From: Dimorphilus gyrociliatus
Taxonomy: Eukaryota; Animalia; Annelida
NCBI GenBank assembly: GCA_904063045.1
Contig: CAJFCJ010000008.1
Coordinates: 248,001-312,000, forward strand
Direction: 5' to 3'
DNA length: 64,000 bases
The number at the start of each line of letters is the position of its first letter. Position 1 is the stretch's first letter. Below, piece by piece: positions 27,433 to 40,623 of this stretch. The notes under the pieces are model-generated. The model did no database searches. It had not been told where the DNA came from and saw only the letters and a list, made by a program, of their open reading frames with translations. Position numbers and translations under genes: made by a program.

Positions 27433-28920
27433 TTAATACATTCTACATTCAGATGCGTGATATTGAAAGTATTCAAAATCACATTCCATTTCTCTCATAC
27501 ATATAGGACAAGTGTGCGTTTTATGAACTCTCTTCTGAGATCTTGTCTTTGGTCTAATATCTTCATCCGAGTTAGACTCTCTTATTTCATCTAAATTTAT
27601 ATCGTTTAATTTTCTTTTTTTATGAGGAGCAGCAACTGCATTGCTTTTTACTATCTTTGAATCATTTTGTTCATTATAATTTGCATTTTCGTTGCATTTC
27701 TTGTCTGAAATATCCAATGTAGAACTGGACGATTCTATATAAAATATACAAAAAAAAAGCATATTAACAAACATACATTTGCATAATGTTAAAAAATTTC
27801 CTCATAGGAATTACCTTCATTGTCAATAACTGGAATCTTCACTCGAATCAGCCTTTGTCTGGAATACTTTAAAGATAAACTAAAGAAATAATTATCCATA
27901 AATTCATCAGTGCAAAGTTTTGAGAGTGATTTTCCTTTCAATAAATCAGTTCGAAAACGAGGGCATTTCAGAAGATGTTCATTGCTTTCAGTTTCGGATT
28001 GCTAGTGAAAATAATACAATATCATTAATAGAGAGAAATCACTAGAGCTCTCTTTAAGTGAACAAAACAAGCTTACGGTTTCTTTGGAAGATATTCCATC
28101 GTTATTACTATTTTTCTGGGCTATAGCAGATTTGACTCGTTCGTCTATTTCAACTATTCAATGAAAAGTAAAACTTTAAAATTCTGCTTATTGACAACTT
28201 GATAATGAAAAATACAGACAACTAATATGGGACTCCACTTCATCATCCACGCTATCAATAATTGCTTCCTTTTCTTTTCTGAAGTCAACAGCTCTTCGTT
28301 TTCTACGACTTTTCTAATAAATCAAAAAAAAAAGACTTTTAGAATAGGACATATTATAATATATAATATTTTGTAATTACCATAATTTGGACTAGGAAAG
28401 CATCTGTTATAAGCAAACCTTTGTCGTAATAGACCTCATCTTCAGTCGCACTCTTACCTTTAAAGAAGGTTATACTCAAAAAATAGATGTTGACCTTATT
28501 AAATCCTCAATTAATTAACTGTAATTACCTGTATTTTTATTGTGGATTTCCTTTTCAACTTTGGCAGATTTTTTGACTCGATCATCTATTGATGGAAATA
28601 AACAGCAATTTAATTGATGCATAAAAATCATACCTTAACCATTAATTGTTAAATTATACTAATTGCAATATGCTGTACTAACCAGTAGCTTTGTTTGTTT
28701 CAGTTTGGTCTATGCAAATGTCTTCATCATCTTCAGCATTGCTATTATCGCTCTCGTCGTCTGTACAGCAATTTTGGTCAGTCGTCTTGGATTTTTTTGC
28801 ATCATACTCTTCATCAGTATGGCACTGGGATGTATCTTTACGTCTCTTATTACGAGTAGATATATAATTTTTTTTTTCTATTTGCGAGTCTTCAGATGAA
28901 ATATTTTCAGTGAGTTCCAT
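27433..28920 (-). CDS. Uncharacterised low-complexity charged protein (342 aa) with a C-terminal UBZ-like C2HC zinc finger
   Basis: Exons 28920-28683, 28585-28529, 28457-28381, 28313-28223, 28153-28077, 28001-27815 and 27734-27433 join in frame via GT-AG introns. The protein ends CPICMREMECDFEYFQYHASECRMY*. Confidence 0.75.
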
Positions 28921-29605
28921 TGCTCAATTTGAGTCTACACATCCACCAAAAATCTATTATTCCCTTAATTTGGAAAAATATACAAATCTATAAGCTTATT
29001 TTAATTAAAAAAGAGGTTAAATTACCTTTCTGCAGTGTAAAAGATATTATTCAATGAATGCATTCAATGATTTTCTTGTCGTGCTTAATGAACTGTGAAA
29101 TTTTTAGCACAGTTCAAAAGAGAAATAATCTACAAAAATCTTTTTGATGATATTTATAAATATTTTAGATAAACAAATTGATTATTTTATGAAAACTATG
29201 GCTAAAAATTAAAGGAGAGTTGCGCAAAGCTTAGAATCGGCTTCCTGCCATTAGAGTTAATTCAACGAACGGATGGGAGCTGGAACCTCTCTATATTTCT
29301 AAAATGTGACTACCTGATCGGTTACATTGCGACAGCATGCCATACCTATTACGTCTTATCATAAAAATGGCGCTTGCTGATGACAAACATTAGCAAAATA
29401 GTAGCTTATTTTTTGATTTTTTACGCTACTTTGGTCCATCACGAACTAAATTTGGACCGTTGATGCAAGAATAAAGTTGTTAAGTTGTATTGGACAAGCT
29501 GTCGTTTTATCTCTATTGAAGAAGAAAATATTAAATTCTGTTTGGTAGTTTTCATCCTTATCATTATGCTGCATGCTGTGGAAGATCCGATAGAGTCTAG
29601 CAAAT
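28921..29605. promoter_or_regulatory. Divergent (bidirectional) promoter region: UBZ gene / TBC1D12-14
   Basis: Head-to-head start codons ~690 bp apart. YY1-like AAAATGGCG at ~29364. Confidence 0.6.
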
Positions 29606-32600
29606 ATGGGAATTACTAAAACACCCGCGATCCCCAACGAAATCAATATGAGTGAGCCGCACGACAAAAATGATACAGCGAATCGAATTCGGGAAAAAAT
29701 AAATGGCCAGGGTAAAGTTCACACAGAGAGAGCTAACTTCGGTTCTCCACTGGAATCTGACGATTCTGAGTCTTCGTGCTCGTCAAGCGACGATCATGAT
29801 AGGACTATGAGAAGAGATTGTTCTAGCTCAGATACAGACTGTGAGGCTAACGGTCAAACAATTCCGGAAGATACAAATAAAGAAGGGGAAGATAAGGTCA
29901 TTGGTAAACCACGACGAGTTGATTCGATTTCAACATCCAGCGTCTCCTCATTAAATACAGATTTTTCAGTGTCATTTAATTCTCAGTTGTCTATGGATAT
30001 GACCGACTTTCGAAATGTTTCATTAGATTCGGAAAGCAGTGTTTCTGAAATTGGTACTAGTAAAAAAGACACAGACGGACCTATAACCACAATAGCCAGG
30101 TAATAAATTTATATTTTTTAATATTACAAGGAAATAAATTTATCTATAAAACCTTTATCTAATTTCTGAGCTAGCTCGAATGAAAATCTATATACTTTAA
30201 ATATAGGACTGTTACAAGCTTTTTACTATCTATAGATTTCTAGTACATCTCTGTACCTTAAACATTTACTCGTAGATTAAGAGTTTTTTTCACTACGAAT
30301 AGACTATGAGTAATGTCCGAATATACTTTTAAGAAATATCATTAATGTTATATTATTATTGTTATTGCTATTATTTATCCTCCATGTTACATGTGCTTCG
30401 TAATTTTATCTATTCTTTTTACTAAACTGGGATATCAGATCTAAAAACATTAAATATATACACACGCATATATATTTGTATATATTGCTTGTTGAACCCT
30501 CTACAATATGTTTTACACTGATAATCTTAATAAAGGTATTAAATTCCATTAAACGTAGTAGTAGGTAGGATCAAAGTTGTTTCAAGTAAGTAATTAAAAC
30601 ATTTTTTAACAAAAGAATTAACACAAGACTAGCTCAAAAATTCCCTTGAGAAAAATGTTGGCTGTAGCTATGCCACGCCCCATTAAAACAAACTCGTTTT
30701 GTACTCTACCGGTTTACATCAATTTTTTCTATTTTTATAAAGAACTTTCTTCCGTAAAAAATCCGATGTCACGGAAAAAAATTCAGAAGAAACTTCGTCT
30801 ACTCCTGATATAGTACAGTCTGAAGAGGAAAATCGTATTGGGGAGTTGAAAGTAGCGAAAGATAGTGCGAACCAAAACAATAATGTAAAGAGAAAAAGTG
30901 GAGACGTTGAAGTACCAAGTACAACTGCTTTGATTTTAGAACAGAGACCAATGTTAATATTCTTTTATAATAATATCGATTCAATTGCATTATATTTAAT
31001 ATGCGTTTAATTGTATTTTGATCAGTAATCTTCCGTCCAAACCTGAAGAGGAAAGGGAAAAACATAAAAAGCAATATGAAGACATGATAGCTGCTGCTAA
31101 GAAGAAAGAGCAAAAAGAGTTAAAATTAAAGAAGAAGCAGTACGCTCAGCAAATAAAGCACGAAGAAGAACTACATCAGGCATTGAAAGTCTGGCACAGC
31201 GAAATCCTACCTCATTGGCATTCTATGTTAGTTAAGAACAATTAAATTATCTTTAGAAAAACCTTTCGTCGGTGGCTACTTTATTTAATTTCAACAAGTT
31301 AATGAATTGAATTTTCATATCTGTCGGTGCAACTCCGCTTGGCACCATATCTTTCTTTTCTGTCTGATAATATAGTTTAATCCGTTAGTTGCCCCCGAAA
31401 ATGGTCGATTTTCGATTGATTTTTTTTCTCTTTTTATCGCCTTTATTCCTCAAGTATTTTCTTGATAGTCTGTCCTCGAACAAGAGTCTTATAAGATAAA
31501 CTGTATAAATTGAAACCTAAAGAATAGCAGGATACCCTTGTCTAGGAAAATTGTTCTTTTAAAACATTTTTGCACTGTTAATTTCTTTTTATAGGAGAGA
31601 TACAAAAAAATCTCGAGATTTGTGGTGGAAGGGAGTTCCACCGGCTGTAAGAGGAAAAATTTGGCAATTAGCAATTGGTAACGACTTGAATATTACTCCT
31701 GAGTTATTTGAAATATGTCGAAATAGAGCCAGAGACCTTTTAAAAGCATTAAATCTTCAAACAGAATTTCGTTGCGATTGTGGAAATGGTTAGTAAATAA
31801 TCTAATCTATATATACATGTACTTATATATAATACAATATACATATAAATATATACAGTATATATAAATAGCACATGATTAGTATTAATGGATTGCCGTG
31901 AAAACTAATGCTTCTTTTTCATTCTATAATTTTATCGTAGATGAACTCGCTGCCTGCAAAGAACAATCTTTAGAATTGATTAAATTGGATGTATCCAGAA
32001 CTTTCCCTCAACTATGCATATTTCAAAAGGTAAGAATATTATTTTGTAAACGCTTCTAAATCCATTTTCTGAACATAGGGAGGCCCCTACGCGGAACATT
32101 TACATAGCCTTTTAGCCGCCTACGCCTGCTACAGACCGGATGTAGGATACGTAAGTATTTAAAGAATGATAACTAAAACTTAGATTATTTCTACATGTCA
32201 CATGCTACTGATTCGCTCCAGATAGTCGCTATCTGGCTTATTATAGAACATTAACTATTTCTTATAATAACATTGATTTCTTTTTATGGGCAATTTCTTT
32301 AAAGTTCAACTTTCTAGTTATTTTTACAATAGTTTATTTATCTAATTAGTGTTCTCATATATTAAAGAATAACAATTTAAACAAATCTTTAATTACATAA
32401 ATATCATATTGTACTATAGTGGTAGGATTCAGCTGTATTATTGAGAAATATATTGAATATTTTATATCTCAAATTAGTGATTATTATGACGATACTATAG
32501 TAAACTGAATTTTTTAGGTTTACTAATTCGCCGAAGACGATTAATCAGCAAAACGTTTATAAAAGATTTATGCGGCGTCTTTTAATAATAAATTTATGAA

Positions 32601-33616
32601 ATTTTACATTCAAAGATATATAATGTACTATTTTTACGTTTTAGGTACAAGGAATGTCATTTATAGCCGCTTTCTTGTTGCTCAACATGGAGGTTGAAGA
32701 TGCTTTTATATCTTTTGCGAATCTGTTGAATCGTCCGTGCCAGGTTGCCTTTTTTCGATTAGATGAGCCTTTGGTAAGTAAAAGATGATTAGTCTTAAAA
32801 TTAAGCTATTTCATATAGATGAGAAGAAATTATATTTACTTGTGTTTTTTCATTTATAGATGAAATCCTATTTCGACGTTTACAGCATGTTTTTTCGAGA
32901 GAATTTACCTAAATTATATAAGCACTTTGAGTTATATAAACTCACACCTGATTTATATTTAATCGATTGGTAAGTTAATGAATAATTAATGTATTGATAA
33001 CTTAGCATAACTGATATCTAATAATAAATTATATACAAATATATAGAAATATATATTTATCTTTGATTTTATTTTGTTATTTATACAGGATATTTACTTT
33101 GTATAGTAAATCATTACCGTTAGATGTTGCTAGTCGCGTTTGGGATGTGTTTTATAGAGATGGTGAAGAGTTTTTGTTTAGGACTGCATTAGGTTTGTTA
33201 AATTCTTAAAGTTTTTACGTATTTATTCAATCTAATCGTTATCTATTGACAATGAAAAATTACCGTTTCAAATTTTGATAACTTTTATACCTTCAATTAA
33301 TTCTTCTTTATTTCTATTAGGTATTATGAAATATAACGAAGATATTTTCTATGGAATGGACTTTATACACGCAGCCCAGTTTCTTACACATCTTCCTGAT
33401 GACATCGACTGTGAACGCATGTTTAAGTGTATTGAATCGATTCATATGCAGATAGAAAAAAGAAAATTTCCAAGTTTCTTAGCCGCAATTCAACGAAATA
33501 TCTCATCTGCCAATCAGAATGTACAGCAATCAAATTCGGCTGCCGATTCAGCCAGTATATCTTCGCGCAACTCAAATTACTCACAACGAGAGGGAACCAG
33601 TGGTAATGGATCTTGA
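29606..33616 (+). CDS. TBC1D14: TBC1 domain Rab-GAP, TBC1D12/TBC1D14 family (632 aa)
   Basis: Exons 29606-30099, 30743-30952, 31026-31226, 31595-31788, 31941-32029, 32079-32150, 32645-32773, 32860-32969, 33089-33192, 33321-33616. Family motifs [17 protein letters not shown] and [16 protein letters not shown]; catalytic [10 protein letters not shown] (R finger) and GYVQGM (Q finger) are intact. Confidence 0.95.
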
Positions 33617-33909
33617 GTCGTCACAAATAAAAATACTTTTTTCCACACCTGCTCCAGTCGTTGGAAAAGAGAAGATATCTAACTCTACATTTCACTCAGC
33701 AATGCAAATTATGTGTTTATTTAAAAAAAAACAAACAAGATAACGCTTCTTTAAATCTAACAAAAAAAAGCGTCTAAAGCATTCCTCCTTGTCTGTGTTT
33801 TGAAAAATACTGTATCAAAAAGAGAATATATTCTGCTCAAATCAATTTTAACAAAAAAAAAATTGTACAGGACCAATTTGATAGCAAATTTCTACACTCG
33901 TATTGTACA

Positions 33910-33961
<52 letters not shown>

Positions 33962-34455
33962 TAGTATACATATTTAAAAATTGCTTTTAAAAATTCGTAT
34001 AAAACTGCTAAACTGCAAAAAAATAAAACGCAAAAAATCTGCTCTTGTTTTCACAACTTCGTCATATGAAAAATAGTTGACTGTAAAATCTGTACAATTA
34101 TACCTGCTTAAATGTTATTTTATTAATATGTTGAGTGCAATGATAATACAAAGTATAAAATGATAAAAAATATAAAAATTCTTATTTTTGAGTGGATTTA
34201 CTAGTTTGTTTACTTTAATTTAGATATAAACAAAGGATCATACTATCTGATAGTATGATGAATTATACACTTTTTGTTTTGTCATCCTTTCTTAAAACTT
34301 TTTTTATGATAAGTCTGTTCATTTTTTATTATAATTGTTATGCTATGAAACACTGCTTTCCTAAAGCAAGTAGCTAAATTACTGTAAGTACTGAAAACTC
34401 AAGTATTTAAGTGTTTAATTAGCTCATTCGTTTTGTGACGATTTCATATCCCAGG

Positions 34456-34506
34456 CACGTGCAGTTACACACAACAATTCGTGTGAGTCACGTGAATAGA
34501 GCGTGA
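34456..34506. promoter_or_regulatory. KLF10/11 promoter E-box / ChoRE-like array
   Basis: CACGTG at 34456 and 34489. CGTG cores at 34480, 34491 and 34502 (11-bp phasing). AP-1-like TGAGTCA at 34484; CCAAT box (ATTGG) at ~34517. Confidence 0.65.
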
Positions 34507-34953
34507 GCTCCCTCTGATTGGCTATGCGAAAAGTTGGCCTCTGCTTCCTACGAGATGGCTCCTCCCTGAACTACACCTACAATGACTGGATTCCTATTCG
34601 GAGTAAAAATATGAGACTTAAGAGCCAAGTCGGAATACTGTTGTTAATATTCCAAGTTGGAATTTTCTATGCTATTTTGATTAGGAACTGCAACCATACT
34701 AGTCTTAGTTTGTGTACATCGGCTTTTCTGCGACTTTTAATAATTTTTGGCTGTTTACGTTGTAATATGAGATAATTTCTTCTGTCTAATTGATGCTAGA
34801 TCTTAGCCGTAATTAAAGGTATTGAAAAATTTGCCTAAAACTTTTCGATTGCACAATTACAGTACAAAAACGCTATAAAACGTGCGAATGAAGTCAGCTG
34901 ATTGGTAATCAATGCTACTTTATTACATCATTTCGTTTTTTTTACAGAGAAAA

Positions 34954-35800
<847 letters not shown>

Positions 35801-37872
35801 TTTTTTGGTGTTTCTTTTCTAGTTTTGTTAAGAAAATAATCCAGATACTTTATTTTACTTTTATTCTATTTGAAATTTAATGTATGTTACGTCTATGCTA
35901 GATTGTGTGACGTAATAAAATTATCAGTGATATATTCTATATATACTGTATACTATGTATATAACTTGAATATATCATACAATTAATTCTCTTATCAACC
36001 GAGTATCTAATGTATTTAAGCCAACTGTGAAAATTTCCATTAAAACTGGAAAGAGAATTCATCAAGTGCAATTATCAATGAGACTCTAGCTTTTTATGGA
36101 TTTACAAAGACATATGTTCAGCTTGCAACAAACGAATTCAACGGATTAGATCTATGAAAGAAAAACTATTAAAAGTATTCTTAATTCAAATACTATCGAC
36201 TTATAATAAGTAATAATATACTAATATTTTAAAACATTAAATAAATTCACTTAACTATGATACTAAATAAATTCTGTATGAACAATTAAAAATCAAGTAT
36301 AATATAGAGTTTTCATCTTATCACAACAGAAACCTTTCTAATGTTCCTTAAAGATAAGATCTACTACATGTAAAGAAGAAGTTTTGTCCGAGAATAAACT
36401 CTAAAATAGTGTTAAGCATCTTTAAATTCTATTAGGAAATTGTATATTGCATTCTTAAAAAAAAAGAGAAATTTCATTATAGGTTCCTTTAGTTGTTGTT
36501 GTTTTTTTGTTTAATCTATGTTCTTTTGTGTCATAGAATACTTTAGTTTTTTCCAGTTTATTTAAATAGTTGTCAATGTTGTCAATTAGACACAAATAAA
36601 TACATTTTGATCGGAATATATACACTTAAATTTTATATTAGACCTTATATGTCCTTAGAACTAAAATATATCAAGTTCTAATCCCTATTCAAAAGAGTTT
36701 TTAACAGAAAATATCAATTTTTATTAATAATAGTTATTCATTATGTTGGTTTTGATGCTTATTTTCTTTTTAATTGCGAATATGTTTTTATATTTGAAAC
36801 TTCTTGGATTGTTTCATAAATTTCACTTCCAGTTCGAGTAAATAGGAAAATAGAAAACAGATGGCGTTCGTATTACTGTAAAAAAAATATATTTCTTTAG
36901 GCATAATACACATTCATTACACTTTTAAATATTGTCAATAAAACATAATAAGAATAGGCTTAATCTAATGATTATTCATATCATATTACAATGCTAACAC
37001 TAGTAGAAATATGTAAAAGATCTCCAAGGAGGAAGTAAATTTTATGAAAATTAAAGTAATTTTTTTTATGTATGATAAGCTTTTCCTAGTTTGAAATGAA
37101 TCAATTCAGTTATTTATAGATATAAAGAGGGGTATGATTTTGAAAAAAGTATGGAATCAACAGGGGGAGGGAGATTTTTACTCATTCATCAAATGAGGAA
37201 GTTTAAAATAGTTACGACTACCTCTTTGTTACACATTTCACAGTGGTACGTATTTTTCTTTCAATATATTATCACCTACATGCGAAAACTCATATTTTGC
37301 AATATAGCAAAGTTTTAGTCTATGATGGCTTCCTTTTTTTTTGCAATACTGGCACATTTGGTAAAAGTCTATTTATATCTACATATTGTATAGCATATCC
37401 TGTAAATGTATTAAAATCTCTAAGATTTGTATTAGTGTACAATTTACTATTCTTAGAATAGAACTACACAAGTAGTTGTGTCGTTGCTTTTTGACTCTAA
37501 GATAATACCATTAAATGGGTATTTCTCTTAATTTAAAGTATTAGTCTGTACTTGTTTTTACTTTACTCTAATCTCTTTGATTATATAATTATCCACAGTC
37601 TCTTTGAAAATTTATTTATGTAATTTACGCATCTTAGGTGCAAACAACACTCTGTCTATCTTATCATTTACGGTTTAACATTATAAAAATGGACATTTGC
37701 AAGGCATTGACTAGGCGCCATTTTGATTTGTACTAAAGCTTTAATTCTTTTGTACATTGTCTGATAAAGTCACGTGTGACAACAAAGTCAGAAGGGAGAA
37801 CTCTTAGATCTTCCTCCACTTTAGTGAATTTATTTTTATTTTGAGTTACTTAAAGACGAACCAGAATTTGGT

Positions 37873-39696
37873 ATGAAACCTGGACTAGCGGAAGGAACCT
37901 TGATTGCTATATTTGCCCTGTCATCATGGATAAACGTCAACAGTTTATGGGTAGAAGTACCAATTTTCATTCAAAATTTACCAGAAGCATGGTCCCTACC
38001 ATCTTATTTGTCAATAATCATTCAAGCATCTAACATCTTCCCATTTGTTTATGTTCTGTATGCAAAGCGTACATCCAAGAGCGGTCAGATTCCACGTTCA
38101 AGATTAATTTTTTTAGTTCTCTTCGTTACTCTATTGTCATGCTTGTCACTCATTTGGACATGGCAAAAGACAGTTGCAAACAAAAGTATAGCTCTCTTTG
38201 TTATCAGTTTCTTTATGTCTGGTGCTAGTTGCATTTCTCAAGTATTATATCTCCCATTTATGGCAAATTTTGATGCAAATTTTATGCCTGCATTTTACAT
38301 TGGTGAAGGACTCAGCGGTCTCCTTCCCAGTTTATTATCGCTTGTTCAAGGGGTTGGGGAAAAATCTGGATGTGTCAACTTTACAACACCCGATAACAAA
38401 ACAGGTATTAAACCCGTCTATGATCGTCCAAAGTTTTCTGTAGAAGTATTTTTGGGAGTTGAAACGAGTCTAATTGGAATTTCTTTATTCTCATTTGTTC
38501 TACTATCTTATAGACTTTCAAAGCGAAAAGGGCATTTACAGAACGATTTGAGTTCTTCCGAACAAAGTCTTTTAGAAAAAGACGTTGAAATAGTTGAAGA
38601 TAACGAACCAAAGAAGATATATTTCTGTATACTATTTGTAATTGGATTTTTTTCAAATGGTCTCTTAACTGCTACGCAATCCTACTCATCATTACCATAT
38701 GGAGATACAGTTTATAGTTTGGCGAATCGATTGTCTATTTTAATAAACCCTCTATCTTGTTTTGCCTTATTCTTTTTGAGATTACCATTATCAATTATAT
38801 ACTGTTGTCTGTTAATTGCTGGAGGATGTACAACTTATCAGCTGGTCCTCGCCTTTTACAGTCCTAACCCACCGATAACTGGTATTATTGGCTCGATATT
38901 AGTGGTAAGTGATAGGTATAAATGAGTATTGTATTTAACCAAAGTAGCTTATTTTCACAATGTCTTTCTAAAACCGAACGTTAAGGCTTAGATTTCCCGA
39001 TTTTGCTCTTTAACAATAGACGACGTAAAATCTGCAAGTTCTATATGTGTTTAGGGAATTTCCAGAGAGCTAAATAAGGATATGTAAATATTATACTTAT
39101 GAACATGTTTTACAATTATCAATATAATCTCTATCTCAATCCATAACTTTATATCTTTCCCGTCGTTAAACCATGCTATCTTGCTCAAAGATATTTATAT
39201 ATATATATTAAATTAATTGATATAAATAATTTCAAAATTTACATATCCCGTATATAAAAAAGATCGCACTTTTCAACCTACAATTCTTTATATTTACTAT
39301 CAGTAATCGTTTTAGTTGGTCAATGAAGATATTCTTTATTTTTCATTTTATATAAAGTATTATTATATTATTAATATGTAATTTTACCCCTTTAATATTA
39401 TTTTCTTTATGTATTGTATTCTATATAAAATACTTGGAAAATTTTTAAATTTTTGGTATAAAAAAGCATTTATTTACATTTTTTACTTTCGTTTTGCATA
39501 GGTTTCAACAAATGTTGTCCTCGTTGGCCTTTTTTCGATAACAAAAGTGTCTATTGTAACTGTATTAACTAAAGGAGGAGCATATGCATTATTTCTCTCC
39601 GGAATTATCTTTCAACTTGGTTCATTTACTGGAGCAACTGTTGGAGTCTTTTTGAATATATTTAAAGTTTTTAAATCGGCACCGCCTTGTCCTTAA
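37873..39696 (+). CDS. SLC52A: Riboflavin transporter, SLC52 family (408 aa)
   Basis: Exons 37873-38904 and 39502-39696. Family signatures WINVNSLWVEVP...LPEAWSLPSYL and FYIGEGLSGLLPS; multiple TM segments. Confidence 0.93.
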
Positions 39697-40311
39697 CTTC
39701 TATTTAATTTTACTATTACTACTACCGTTTTAAAACTCGAGTTCTTTTCCTCGAAATTGTTTACACAGAAAGAGAAAATAAACGAAATAACCTCTAAATA
39801 TGAAATGACAACTTTTCTCCGTTAAATTTACCTTTTATATATCTAAAAATACATTTTCAAATATATTCAGGTGTAATTTATTCAATTTCAAGTGAAATAA
39901 CCACTTTAATTCAAATACTTGAAAAGAAATATTCATTCAGAGTGGAAAATTATTCAATTCTTAAAAGCATGAATTATTAGTTTTGTTCTTTTAGAATACA
40001 GTTTTTTATATGGTGCAGATTCTTATATCGTTGTTTTCTCTTTAAATCAAATATATATCGTATATATATATATATATATATTCATTACATATACTTTCAA
40101 AGTAAAACTCTCCCTTACAACATTTACCATCATCTTATACACATTCTACTAAAGTACAAATTATGGTTCCAAAAATTAAGCGATAGTCTATTGAGTATAT
40201 ATTTCTTTTTCAATTTTAATATAAAGAATTTATTCATTACTTTCCTATTTGTTAAGTTTGGCAACTGAAAAATACAAGATATTCTTTTTTATTTCATTTG
40301 TTAAGAAAAAA

Positions 40312-40326
40312 CAGCGCCCTCTACTA
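40312..40326 (-). promoter_or_regulatory. CTCF-like motif at the RAD51C 5' end
   Basis: The minus strand reads TAGTAGAGGGCGCTG, matching the core YAGRKGGCRS. It lies just before a 5'UTR donor (AAG|GTAAAT, ~40337). Confidence 0.5.
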
Positions 40327-40623
40327 ATCGGAAAGGTAAATAAGTGTATAAACTTGTTTGTGCTTTTCTCTTAGTAAAGTTTCTATTTATATCTTCATAC
40401 TTAATTTAGTATTATTTCAACATCTCTAAATAGAAATCTTATACCAGATAAATTTATATTCAAAGAATAGTACTTCAACTTTTTTTAGTCTTAATCTAAA
40501 TCAACATTTTATCGCTCAAGCTATATTTTTACATTTTAAAAATAAAGGACTTTACACAACCATTAAAAGAAGCTGAAACTTTCAAAAGTAATTTCAGTAT
40601 TTTTTTTTAGATAATCAATCTTA

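Noticed and set aside
32218-32236. Perfect 8-bp hairpin CCAGATAG-TCG-CTATCTGG in a TBC intron
   Set aside because: Isolated and short, with no snoRNA boxes or repeat copies seen.
33519-33743. Alternate-frame ORF overlapping the TBC1D12/14 stop codon
   Set aside because: No splice path into this frame and no recognisable content; probably 3'UTR.
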